Shown here in pieces: positions 44,860-53,700 of a DNA stretch of 64,000 bases (position 1 is the first letter of the stretch; each line of letters starts with the position of its first letter). Location of the stretch: the NCBI RefSeq assembly GCF_003018255.1, contig NZ_CP027440.1; one strand, given 5' to 3'. Both the position numbers and the translations under genes were made by a program. Below the pieces are notes generated by a model that ran no database searches, had not been told where the DNA came from, and saw nothing but the letters and a program-made list of their open reading frames with translations. This stretch comes from Escherichia coli. GTDB lineage: Bacteria > Pseudomonadota > Gammaproteobacteria > Enterobacterales > Enterobacteriaceae.

Positions 44860-45551
44860 TTCCCACCTCCCGCACTGATGTCGACATACTGCGGCGCGAC
44901 ATCCTGGCTAAAGCGTCGCTGATATTGATTAAGCGGCGAGCTGTCACACGCCGTGGCGTTATCTTCAATAAACTTCACCTGTTCTTCTTCCCACACCGCA
45001 TCCAGCGCCTGGCGGGTGTCGTCACGCTCTTCACTGCGAATCTGTTTTGTGACACTGTCACTTGATAGAGGGCTTCCTGCCAGTTGCAACAGGGCGTCAA
45101 ATAACGCGTACCACGGTGCCTCGCGTTGTTTTAAGCGTCCGCCAAGCAGGGCGAGGATCGGCGCAACGTTGAGTAATCCTTCTTTCGCCTGATCGTCCGG
45201 AAGTATGCTTAAATACTCCAGATACAGCGGTAGATAATCGGGCAGTTCCCTACAATTCAGTTGCAGACCGACCTTTTCATACTCCGCCAGCAGGTCCACC
45301 ATTGCCTGGCCGCGATCGCGGGACTCGGCATGAACATGTTCAAACAGCAGCAGCGACGTGGTGCGCCCGCGGTCAAACACTTCACACCATTCGGCCTGTT
45401 TATCCAGCAGCGGCGCGTTGAGCAGGTCGAGTGCAAAATCGGTGAGCATCGGTGCGTCGCGGCGGATCAACGCCAGCGCGTCCTCCTTACATTCCCACAA
45501 CAGCTCGTCCGGATACTCCATCAACAGGCCGATCACTTTGAGGATCTGCAT
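44856..45551 (-). CDS. narW: Nitrate reductase Z assembly chaperone (delta)
   Basis: 231-aa ORF overlapping narV by 4 nt. Confidence 0.9.
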   Translation of the reverse strand: MQILKVIGLLMEYPDELLWECKEDALALIRRDAPMLTDFALDLLNAPLLDKQAEWCEVFDRGRTTSLLLFEHVHAESRDRGQAMVDLLAEYEKVGLQLNCRELPDYLPLYLEYLSILPDDQAKEGLLNVAPILALLGGRLKQREAPWYALFDALLQLAGSPLSSDSVTKQIRSEERDDTRQALDAVWEEEQVKFIEDNATACDSSPLNQYQRRFSQDVAPQYVDISAGGGK

Positions 45552-47095
45552 TATTCGCCCTCCGCTTTGTCGCGCACTTCGGTGATGTTGATGGCATCGA
45601 TACGGCTACTGTTGAACAGGTTGAATTTGCTGTCCGAGCCGTGGCAACCGTCGCCAAAGGTAAAACCGCAGCCATTGCGTTCTGCGAAGGCATCGCCCGC
45701 CATTTCCCGATGACTGGTTGGAATGACAAAACGGTCTTCATAGTTGGCAATGGCGAGGTAGCGATACATCTCTTCGACCTGGGCGACGCTCAGGCCTACT
45801 TCGTCAATGGCGCGGGTATCGGTAACGCCTTCCACGGTTTGTGAACGCATATAGTGGCGCATCGCCATCATCCGTTTTAGCGCCCGCAGTACCGGACCGG
45901 TATCGCCAGCACTTAACATATTGGCGAGATATTGCACAGGAATACGCAGGCTTTCGATGGCGGGCAGCACGCCTTCGCTTTTCGGCAAGCCGCCCGCATC
46001 AGCGTAGGACTGAATCGGTGACAGCGGAGGAACGTACCAGACCATCGGCAGGGTGCGATATTCAGGGTGCAGCGGTAGCGCCAGTTTCCAGTCCATCGCC
46101 ATTTTGTAGACTGGCGAACGCTGGGCAGCTTCAATCACGTTTTGTGGAATACCTTGTTTCAGGGCTTCTTCGATCACTGAGGGATCGTGCGGATCGAGGA
46201 ACACTTCGCACTGGCGTTCATAGAGGTCAACTTCGCGCTCGGTGCTCGCCGCTTCCTCGATGCGGTCGGCGTCGTAAAGCAGCACGCCCAGATACCGGAT
46301 GCGACCCACGCAGGTTTCTGAGCACACGGTGGGTTGGCCTGACTCAATTCGTGGGTAACAGAAGATGCATTTTTCTGACTTGCCGCTTTTCCAGTTGAAG
46401 TAGATTTTTTTGTACGGACAACCGCTAATGCACAAACGCCAGCCACGGCATTTATCCTGATCGATCAGCACAATGCCGTCTTCTTCGCGTTTGTAGATAG
46501 CGCCGCTTGGGCAGGTCGCCACGCAGCTGGGATTGAGGCAGTGTTCGCACAAGCGCGGTAGGTACATCATGAAGGTGTTTTCAAACTGCCCGTACATCTC
46601 CTTTTGCATGGCCTCGAAGTTGCGGTCACGGGCGCGTTTTTCGAATTCGCCGCCCAACAATTCTTCCCAGTTTGGCCCCCAGATCACTTTGTCCATCCGT
46701 TTGCCGTCAATCAGTGAACGCGGGCGAGCAGTAGGGATATGTTTGCCTTCCGGTGCGCTATGCAAATGTTCGTAGTCGAAGGTGAAAGGTTCGTAGTAAT
46801 CATCAATCTGCGGCACCACCGGGTTGGCGAAGATTTTGGTTATTACGCCCATCTTGCTGCCCAGACGCGGGCGGATCTTGCCATTCACATCACGCACCCA
46901 GCCGCCTTGCCACTCTTCCTGATCTTCCCAGTTTTTCGGATAACCAATGCCCGGTTTGGTTTCGACGTTGTTAAACCATGCGTACTCCATGCCTTCGCGT
47001 CCGGTCCAGACGTTTTTACAGGTCACCGAACAGGTATGGCAGCCGATACATTTATCGAGGTTAAGCACCATGCCGACTTGCGAACGTATTTTCAT
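45551..47095 (-). CDS. narY: Nitrate reductase Z beta subunit (Fe-S)
   Basis: 514-aa ORF with multiple Cys clusters (CIGCHTCSVTCK, CEHCLNPSCVATCP...). Confidence 0.9.
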   Translation of the reverse strand: MKIRSQVGMVLNLDKCIGCHTCSVTCKNVWTGREGMEYAWFNNVETKPGIGYPKNWEDQEEWQGGWVRDVNGKIRPRLGSKMGVITKIFANPVVPQIDDYYEPFTFDYEHLHSAPEGKHIPTARPRSLIDGKRMDKVIWGPNWEELLGGEFEKRARDRNFEAMQKEMYGQFENTFMMYLPRLCEHCLNPSCVATCPSGAIYKREEDGIVLIDQDKCRGWRLCISGCPYKKIYFNWKSGKSEKCIFCYPRIESGQPTVCSETCVGRIRYLGVLLYDADRIEEAASTEREVDLYERQCEVFLDPHDPSVIEEALKQGIPQNVIEAAQRSPVYKMAMDWKLALPLHPEYRTLPMVWYVPPLSPIQSYADAGGLPKSEGVLPAIESLRIPVQYLANMLSAGDTGPVLRALKRMMAMRHYMRSQTVEGVTDTRAIDEVGLSVAQVEEMYRYLAIANYEDRFVIPTSHREMAGDAFAERNGCGFTFGDGCHGSDSKFNLFNSSRIDAINITEVRDKAEGE

Positions 47096-50000
47096 TTTTT
47101 CGCCTCCTGTACCTGATCGCGACCTTCATCATCCAGCCAGTTAACGTTCTTCATCTTGCGGATCATGATGAATTCGTCACGGTTCGAGCCGACGGTGCCG
47201 TAGTAATTAAAGCCCCAGGCCAGCTGCGCGTAACCGCCAATCATATGCGTTGGTTTCGGACAAACGCGGGTGACCGAGTTATGAATGCCGCCGCGCATGC
47301 CAGTTACTTCCGAACCAGGAATATTCATAATGCGTTCCTGGGCGTGATACATCATGGTCATACCCGGCGGTACACGTTGGCTGACCACCGCGCGGGCAGT
47401 CAGCGCGCCGTTGGCGTTAAACACTTCCACCCAGTCGTTATCGACAATGGTCAGTTCACGGGCATCGGTTTCGCTAATCCAGACAATCGGTCCACCGCGA
47501 GAGAGCGTCAGCATTAGCAGGTTTTCACTGTAGGTTGAGTGAATGCCCCATTTCTGATGCGGCGTCAGGAAGTTAAGTGCTTTTTCCGGGAAGCCGTTTG
47601 GCGGTATCTGGCGCATTTCACTGACGCTACGGGTGTCGATAGGCGGGCGATAAGCCACCAGGCTTTCACCAAAAGCACGCATCCACGGATGATCCTGATA
47701 GAGCTGCTGGCGTCCCGACAGCGTGCGCCACGGAATTAACTCATGAACGTTGGTGTACCCCGCGTTATAGGAAACGTGATCGCTTTCCAGACCGGACCAT
47801 GTGGGGCTGGAGATAATTTTACGTGGCTGCGCCTGAATATCGCGAAAGCGAATCTTCTCGTCCTCTTTGTGCAGCGCCAGATGGGTATGTTCGCGTCCGG
47901 TGATCTCGCCCAGCGCCTGCCACGCTTTGACTGCAACATGACCATTGGTTTCCGGTGCAAGAGCCAGAATCACTTCTGATGCGTCAATGGCGGTGTCAAT
48001 CAGCGGACGCCCCTGTGCCGGGCCTTCACGCTTGGTGTAGTTGAGTTTGCCGAGGAAATCGATTTCATCCTGGGTATTCCACGAAATCCCTTTACCGCCG
48101 TTGCCAAGTTTGTCCATCAATGGCCCGAGCGAGGTAAAGCGTTCATAGGTAGCAGGGTAGTCGCGTTCCACCGCTACAATATTCGGCGCGGTTTTACCCG
48201 GGATCAGATCGCATTCGCCTTTGCGCCAGTCGAGCACTTCACACGGCTGGGAGAGTTCTGCCGGAGAGTCATGCAGCAGTGGTTGTAATACCACGTCGGT
48301 TTCTTTGCCAAGATGGCCCACGCACACTTGCGAAAATGCTTTGGCAATACCTTTGTAGATTTCCCAGTCGCTGCGTGATTCCCAGGCCGGATCGACCGCC
48401 GCAGAAAGCGGATGAATAAATGGATGCATATCCGAGGTGTTCATATCGTCTTTTTCATACCAGGTGGCGGTGGGCAGAACGATATCGGAGAACAGGCAGG
48501 TACTGGACATACGGAAGTCGAGCGTCACCAGCAGGTCGAGCTTGCCTTCAATCGCCGCAGTTTGCCACTCGACTTCTTCTGGTTTGATCCCGTCGCTGGC
48601 ACCGAGTTCCTCACCCTGAATCCCACTTTCGGTTCCCAGCAGATACTTCTGCATATACTCGTGACCTTTGCCGGAGGAGCCAAGCAGGTTAGAACGCCAG
48701 ACAAACAAATTACGCGGATGATTGCTGCCCCTATCTGGTTGTTCGCAGGCCATGCGTAAATCGCCCGATTTCAGCGCCTGGGCGGTGAATTCTGTGGGGG
48801 ATAATCCGGCCTTGTCGGCTTCAGCTTTAATCCCGAGCGGGTTACACCCCAGCTGCGGCGCAGAAGGTAGCCAGCCCATACGTTCGGCACGAACGTTGAA
48901 ATCAATCAGATGACCGCTGTACTTACTGGCATCGGCGAGCGGTGAAAGTAACTCCTGAGCAGAGACTTTTTCATAGCGCCATTGACTGGAATGATTGTAG
49001 AAAAACGAGGTGCTGTTCATCTGGCGCGGTGGGCGGTTCCAGTCGAGCGCAAAGGCCAGCGGCAACCAGCCAGTTTGTGGGCGCAGTTTTTCCTGACCGA
49101 CATAGTGTGCCCATCCGCCACCGCTTTGCCCGACACAACCGCAGAAGATCAGCATATTGATCATTCCCCGGTAGTTCATGTCCATGTGGTACCAGTGGTT
49201 AACACCTGCGCCGAGGATAATCATCGAGCGCCCATGCGTTTTATGGGCAGTATCGGCAAATTCACGAGCGATGGTTTCAATATACTGGCGCGGCACACCG
49301 GTAATTTGCTCACCCCAGGCTGGGGTGTACGGTTTGATTTCAGCGTAATCTTTCGCGCTGTTTTCATCTTCCAGCCCGCGATCGAGGCCGTAATTCGCCA
49401 GTACCAAATCATAAACGCTGACCACCGGACAGGTGTTGCCATCGGCTAATGTCAGGTTTTTAACGGGCAATTGGCGCACCAGGACCGGATTGTGTTTTAC
49501 GCTGCGAAAATGCGGATTTTCAATGCCGCCAAAGTAGGGGAAGGCCACGCCTGCAACGGCATCATGTTGACCGAGCAGAGTTAACGACAATTCGGTTTCC
49601 GTACCGGCGGCAATGGATTCCAGATTCCATTTGCCTTTTTCTCCCCAGCGAAAACCAATCGAACCGTTCGGCACCACCAGTTCGCCTGCTGTATTAACTG
49701 CTACGGTTTTCCACTGCGGATTGTTGCTTTCGCCCAGTCCATCTACCAGGTCAGACGCGCGGATCATGCGCCCGGGTACGTAGCTGCCATCGTCGCGAGG
49801 TTCCAGCATTACCAGCATCGGCATGTCGCTGTAGCGGCGGCAGTAGTTGATAAAGTAGTCGCTGGGATTATCGAGATGAAACTCTTTTAAAATCACATGG
49901 CCCATTGCCATCGCCAGGGCGCTATCAGTGCCTTGTTTTGGTGCCAGCCACTGGTCGCACAATTTGGCCACTTCAGAGTAGTCAGGGGTAATTGCGATGG

Positions 50001-50832
50001 TTTTAGTGCCTTTGTAGCGTACTTCGGTAAAGAAATGGGCGTCCGGCGTACGTGTCTGCGGTACGTTAGACCCCCAGGCGATGATGTAACTGGAGTTATA
50101 CCAGTCGGCAGATTCTGGCACGTCGGTTTGCTCACCCCAGGTCATCGGCGAGGCGGGCGGCAGGTCGCAATACCAGTCGTAGAAGCTTAAACAGGTGCCA
50201 CCTAACAGCGACAGATAGCGTGTTCCGGCGGCGTAAGAAACCATCGACATCGCCGGAATCGGCGAGAACCCGGCAACGCGATCCGGGCCGTAAGTTTTGA
50301 TGGTCCAGACGTTAGCGGCGGCAATCAGCTGATTTAGCTCCTGCCAGTTGGAGCGGATAAAGCCACCGCGTCCACGCACTTGTTTATAGCTCAGGCACTT
50401 TTGCGGATCGTTCATAATCGATGCCCACGCCAGTACCGGATCGCTGTGTTGCTTGAGGGCTTCGCGCCACAGTTCAATCAGTCGTTTACGAATGAGCGGG
50501 TATTTCAGGCGGTTAGCGCTGTAGAGATACCAGGAGTAACTTGCGCCACGCGGGCAGCCGCGAGGTTCATGATTTGGCAGGTCAGGGCGAGTGCGCGGGT
50601 AGTCGGTCTGTTGGATTTCCCAGGTCACCAGACCATTTTTAACGTAGATTTTCCAGCTACAGGAGCCTGTACAGTTAACACCGTGGGTGGAACGCACGAT
50701 TTTGTCGAACTGCCAACGCTGGCGATAGCTGTCCTCCCAGTCGCGGTTGCTGTGCATCACCTGTCCGTGACCATCGGCAAAGGTTTCGCCCTTTTGTTTA
50801 AAGTAGCGAAAGCGATCCAAAAGTTTACTCAT
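47092..50832 (-). CDS. narZ: Nitrate reductase Z alpha subunit (molybdopterin catalytic subunit)
   Basis: ORF 47092..50955; start set at ATG 50832 (MSKLLDRFRYFKQ...) giving 1246 aa; overlaps narY by 4 nt. Confidence 0.9.
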   Translation of the reverse strand: MSKLLDRFRYFKQKGETFADGHGQVMHSNRDWEDSYRQRWQFDKIVRSTHGVNCTGSCSWKIYVKNGLVTWEIQQTDYPRTRPDLPNHEPRGCPRGASYSWYLYSANRLKYPLIRKRLIELWREALKQHSDPVLAWASIMNDPQKCLSYKQVRGRGGFIRSNWQELNQLIAAANVWTIKTYGPDRVAGFSPIPAMSMVSYAAGTRYLSLLGGTCLSFYDWYCDLPPASPMTWGEQTDVPESADWYNSSYIIAWGSNVPQTRTPDAHFFTEVRYKGTKTIAITPDYSEVAKLCDQWLAPKQGTDSALAMAMGHVILKEFHLDNPSDYFINYCRRYSDMPMLVMLEPRDDGSYVPGRMIRASDLVDGLGESNNPQWKTVAVNTAGELVVPNGSIGFRWGEKGKWNLESIAAGTETELSLTLLGQHDAVAGVAFPYFGGIENPHFRSVKHNPVLVRQLPVKNLTLADGNTCPVVSVYDLVLANYGLDRGLEDENSAKDYAEIKPYTPAWGEQITGVPRQYIETIAREFADTAHKTHGRSMIILGAGVNHWYHMDMNYRGMINMLIFCGCVGQSGGGWAHYVGQEKLRPQTGWLPLAFALDWNRPPRQMNSTSFFYNHSSQWRYEKVSAQELLSPLADASKYSGHLIDFNVRAERMGWLPSAPQLGCNPLGIKAEADKAGLSPTEFTAQALKSGDLRMACEQPDRGSNHPRNLFVWRSNLLGSSGKGHEYMQKYLLGTESGIQGEELGASDGIKPEEVEWQTAAIEGKLDLLVTLDFRMSSTCLFSDIVLPTATWYEKDDMNTSDMHPFIHPLSAAVDPAWESRSDWEIYKGIAKAFSQVCVGHLGKETDVVLQPLLHDSPAELSQPCEVLDWRKGECDLIPGKTAPNIVAVERDYPATYERFTSLGPLMDKLGNGGKGISWNTQDEIDFLGKLNYTKREGPAQGRPLIDTAIDASEVILALAPETNGHVAVKAWQALGEITGREHTHLALHKEDEKIRFRDIQAQPRKIISSPTWSGLESDHVSYNAGYTNVHELIPWRTLSGRQQLYQDHPWMRAFGESLVAYRPPIDTRSVSEMRQIPPNGFPEKALNFLTPHQKWGIHSTYSENLLMLTLSRGGPIVWISETDARELTIVDNDWVEVFNANGALTARAVVSQRVPPGMTMMYHAQERIMNIPGSEVTGMRGGIHNSVTRVCPKPTHMIGGYAQLAWGFNYYGTVGSNRDEFIMIRKMKNVNWLDDEGRDQVQEAKK

Positions 50833-50868
50833 GACATAACTCCTGCTCCAGGAATGAATTGGGATCTG

Positions 50869-50920
50869 ATGCCTTGTCGGATGCGACACGGTTGTAGCCT
50901 GATAAGACGTGTCAGGCATC
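50869..50920. repeat. REP-like palindromic element between narU and narZ
   Basis: gtagcctgataagacgtgtcaggcatc resembles the REP consensus. Confidence 0.45.
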
Positions 50921-50926
50921 GATCTC

Positions 50927-52315
50927 TTATTTTTGGCTGAACTTCCGCCGACCATAAACCAGCCAGGTCAGTAGCACACAAACGATGTAGAAGATTAAAA
51001 ACACTTTCATCGCGCCCACCGGAGAGCCGGTCATATTGAGCGACATGCCAAACGCCTGCGGAATAAAAAAGCCGCCCACTGCGCCAATGGCTGAGATAAA
51101 GCCCAGAGCGGCTGCCGTTTCGGTGATGGCTTCTCTTTGAGCTTGCTCATCACTACCGCCTTTCATCTTCACCCGATAAATTGTTATCTGGCGAAAGATG
51201 ACGGCGATCATCTGGAAAGTAGAACCACTTCCCAGACCCGCGGTCAGAAACAGCCCCATAAATACGGCGTAAAATGCGATGAAATTACCGGAGCCTGTGC
51301 CCGGTAAGGTAAGGAACAGCAGGGCGCTGAAAATCGCCATAAAAATGAAGTTGATCAACGTCACCCGCACGCCGCCGAATTTATCGGAAATAGCACCACC
51401 AACCGATCGCGCGATGGCACCGATAAATGGGCCAAAGAACGCCAGGCGCAGAATATTCACATCCGGGAACTGGGTTTTTGCCAGCATGGCAAAACCCGCA
51501 GAAAAACCGATAAACGAACCGAAGGTGGCAAGGTAAAGCAGGCTCAGCAGCCAGAGATGCAGGCGTTGTAAGACAGGGAGCTGGTCGGCAATTGAGGCGC
51601 GTGAACTGGCGATATCATTCATCCCTGACCAGGCGGCGATCGTGGCAATCGCCAGTAATGGCACCCAAATCCATGCGGCATTCGCCAGCGACATCACCGA
51701 ACCGTCGGCCTGCGGTACGCCATTGACGCCGAGAAAGGCAAATACGGGGACAAAAATGACCAGCGGTGCAACCAGCTGCATCACACTTACACCTAAGTTT
51801 CCTAATCCGCCATTAATCCCAAGAGCGCTCCCTTGTTTGGCTTTTGGAAAGAAGAAACTGATATTGCCCATGCTCGAAGCAAAGTTCGCACCTGCAAAAC
51901 CGCATAGCAAAGCGATAACGATAAATATCCCAAAAGGAGTATTCGGATTCTGCACGGCAATTCCGAGCCAGACGCAAGGAATAATCAGGATTGCAGTACT
52001 AAAAACCGTCCATCGGCGTCCACCGAATATAGGCACCATAAAGGAGTAGGGGACACGCAATAATGCGCCAGAAACGGAGGGTAATGCGGTTAATAAAAAG
52101 AGTTGATCGGTAGTGAAATTAAAACCGATTTTATTGAGATTAACAGTAACTGCGCTAAATAGCATCCAGACACAGAAGGCAAGAAGTAGGCAACTGACTG
52201 ATATCCAGAGGTTTCTTCGTGCAATATGCTTTCCTTTATTTTCCCAGAAGGCCGGATTTTCTGGTTTCCAGTCGCGTAAAAGATAACGACTATTTTTCTC
52301 ATTTTGCAGTGCCAT
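50927..52315 (-). CDS. narU: Nitrate/nitrite transporter (MFS)
   Basis: ORF 50927..52357; start set at ATG 52315 (MALQNEKNSRYLLRDW...) giving 462 aa. Confidence 0.85.
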   Translation of the reverse strand: MALQNEKNSRYLLRDWKPENPAFWENKGKHIARRNLWISVSCLLLAFCVWMLFSAVTVNLNKIGFNFTTDQLFLLTALPSVSGALLRVPYSFMVPIFGGRRWTVFSTAILIIPCVWLGIAVQNPNTPFGIFIVIALLCGFAGANFASSMGNISFFFPKAKQGSALGINGGLGNLGVSVMQLVAPLVIFVPVFAFLGVNGVPQADGSVMSLANAAWIWVPLLAIATIAAWSGMNDIASSRASIADQLPVLQRLHLWLLSLLYLATFGSFIGFSAGFAMLAKTQFPDVNILRLAFFGPFIGAIARSVGGAISDKFGGVRVTLINFIFMAIFSALLFLTLPGTGSGNFIAFYAVFMGLFLTAGLGSGSTFQMIAVIFRQITIYRVKMKGGSDEQAQREAITETAAALGFISAIGAVGGFFIPQAFGMSLNMTGSPVGAMKVFLIFYIVCVLLTWLVYGRRKFSQK

Positions 52316-52587
52316 ATTGTTCCTCACATGCACACATTGGTAATGAAAAAAAGACAAAACAGGAGGTAAGGCGCAATAGCCAGTTATTAGAATTAAGGAT
52401 GAATCAGGTGAAGTGCTGATTAGAAGAATAGATAAGAAAGCGTAACTGCGGGGGCAGAATGTGGATTAAACAGACAGATATGTGTTACTAAATGTAACTA
52501 AAATGGCTTTCTGGTATTTGAAATTTATTTTTTAATATTGTCAGAATTTATCTGATTAACTGCCGGGCCGTAGACCCGACAATTATT

Positions 52588-53469
52588 TTAGCCACGACGT
52601 GTCGCCAGCCAGCAGAGCAGGGAACCGCCGCAGACCATTAGCGCGCCTTGCCAGAACGAGAACGACAGCGGGGCGCTGAGCAGCACGGCTGCAAGCGCTG
52701 AGGAAAGGACGGGCGTAAAATACGAACCTACCGCCATAATGGTGACGTTGCCATGTAATATACCGACGTTCCATGCAGCATAAGCAAATCCTAAGGTAAA
52801 TGCCGCAGAGATGAGTTTAATCATGACTGGCGTGCTAAATACCATTTCTGGTTGTGGCGTGAGAAAATAGTAAACCCACAGACTTGCTCCCGTTAGCAGG
52901 ACAAAAACGGTAATTCCGTTAAATCCGCGTGCGTATTTATTCGTTACTGTGCAGTAGGCTGCCCAGATAAACGCACCAATAAACGACAGGAAATAACTCA
53001 ATGGGCTGGTGGTGATATTATTGATGATTTCATCATAATGTAACCCATTGTCACCACCTAACACCCAGCAGACGCCGACCAGGGCTAATAATAATCCTGG
53101 TACAATCAGCCAGTTGGTTTTCTGACCATTAAACAGAATGGCAAAGAGAATTGTCAGGCTGGGCCATAGATAGTTCACCATCCCCACTTCAATCGCCTGA
53201 TGACGGGTCGCCGCATACCCTAAGGAAAGCGCCAGACAGATTTCATAGCTGACGAATAACAGACTCCCGGCGAGTAAATAGCCTTTCGGGATCTGCCGAA
53301 TACGCGGAAATCCAACCGTGAAGATTAACAGCAGCCCGCTTAATGAATAGATAGCAGCTGCGCCGCCGACCGGGCCGAGCCCCTCACTGACACCGCGAAT
53401 CAATCCTACCATCGTGCTCCACAGGACGATCGCTATTAGCCCTATGAGCGTTGCTTTTTGTCGTGTCAT
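52588..53469 (-). CDS. yddG: Aromatic amino acid exporter (DMT/EamA family)
   Basis: 293-aa hydrophobic ORF; divergent from fdnG. Confidence 0.85.
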   Translation of the reverse strand: MTRQKATLIGLIAIVLWSTMVGLIRGVSEGLGPVGGAAAIYSLSGLLLIFTVGFPRIRQIPKGYLLAGSLLFVSYEICLALSLGYAATRHQAIEVGMVNYLWPSLTILFAILFNGQKTNWLIVPGLLLALVGVCWVLGGDNGLHYDEIINNITTSPLSYFLSFIGAFIWAAYCTVTNKYARGFNGITVFVLLTGASLWVYYFLTPQPEMVFSTPVMIKLISAAFTLGFAYAAWNVGILHGNVTIMAVGSYFTPVLSSALAAVLLSAPLSFSFWQGALMVCGGSLLCWLATRRG

Positions 53470-53559
53470 GCTCGCTGTTTTGTCTCTCTTGCCGTTAAAA
53501 ATTAAGCTGAATTTTATAGCATTTTTTTAACTGGCCTGTCAGGCAGTGGTGCGTTTTTC

Positions 53560-53636
53560 TACCGCTATTGAGGTAGGTCAATTTGCGCAGGCGGATTATT
53601 TTGTGGCAAACACGTGTTCTTTTTGATTTCGCGCAA
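53560..53636 (+). promoter_or_regulatory. fdnG anaerobic promoter region: NarL 7-2-7 heptamer pair (taccgct-at-tgaggta, 53560-53575) and FNR-like site (ttgatttcgcgcaa, about 53623-53636)
   Basis: Motifs read from sequence, spaced about 62 bp apart as expected for NarL around -105 and FNR around -42; fdnG is a known FNR/NarL target. Confidence 0.45.
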
Positions 53637-53700
53637 AAAGATTCAGAATTTTACTGTTAGTTTCCTCGCGCAGTAATACCCCTGAAAAAAGAGGAAAGCA

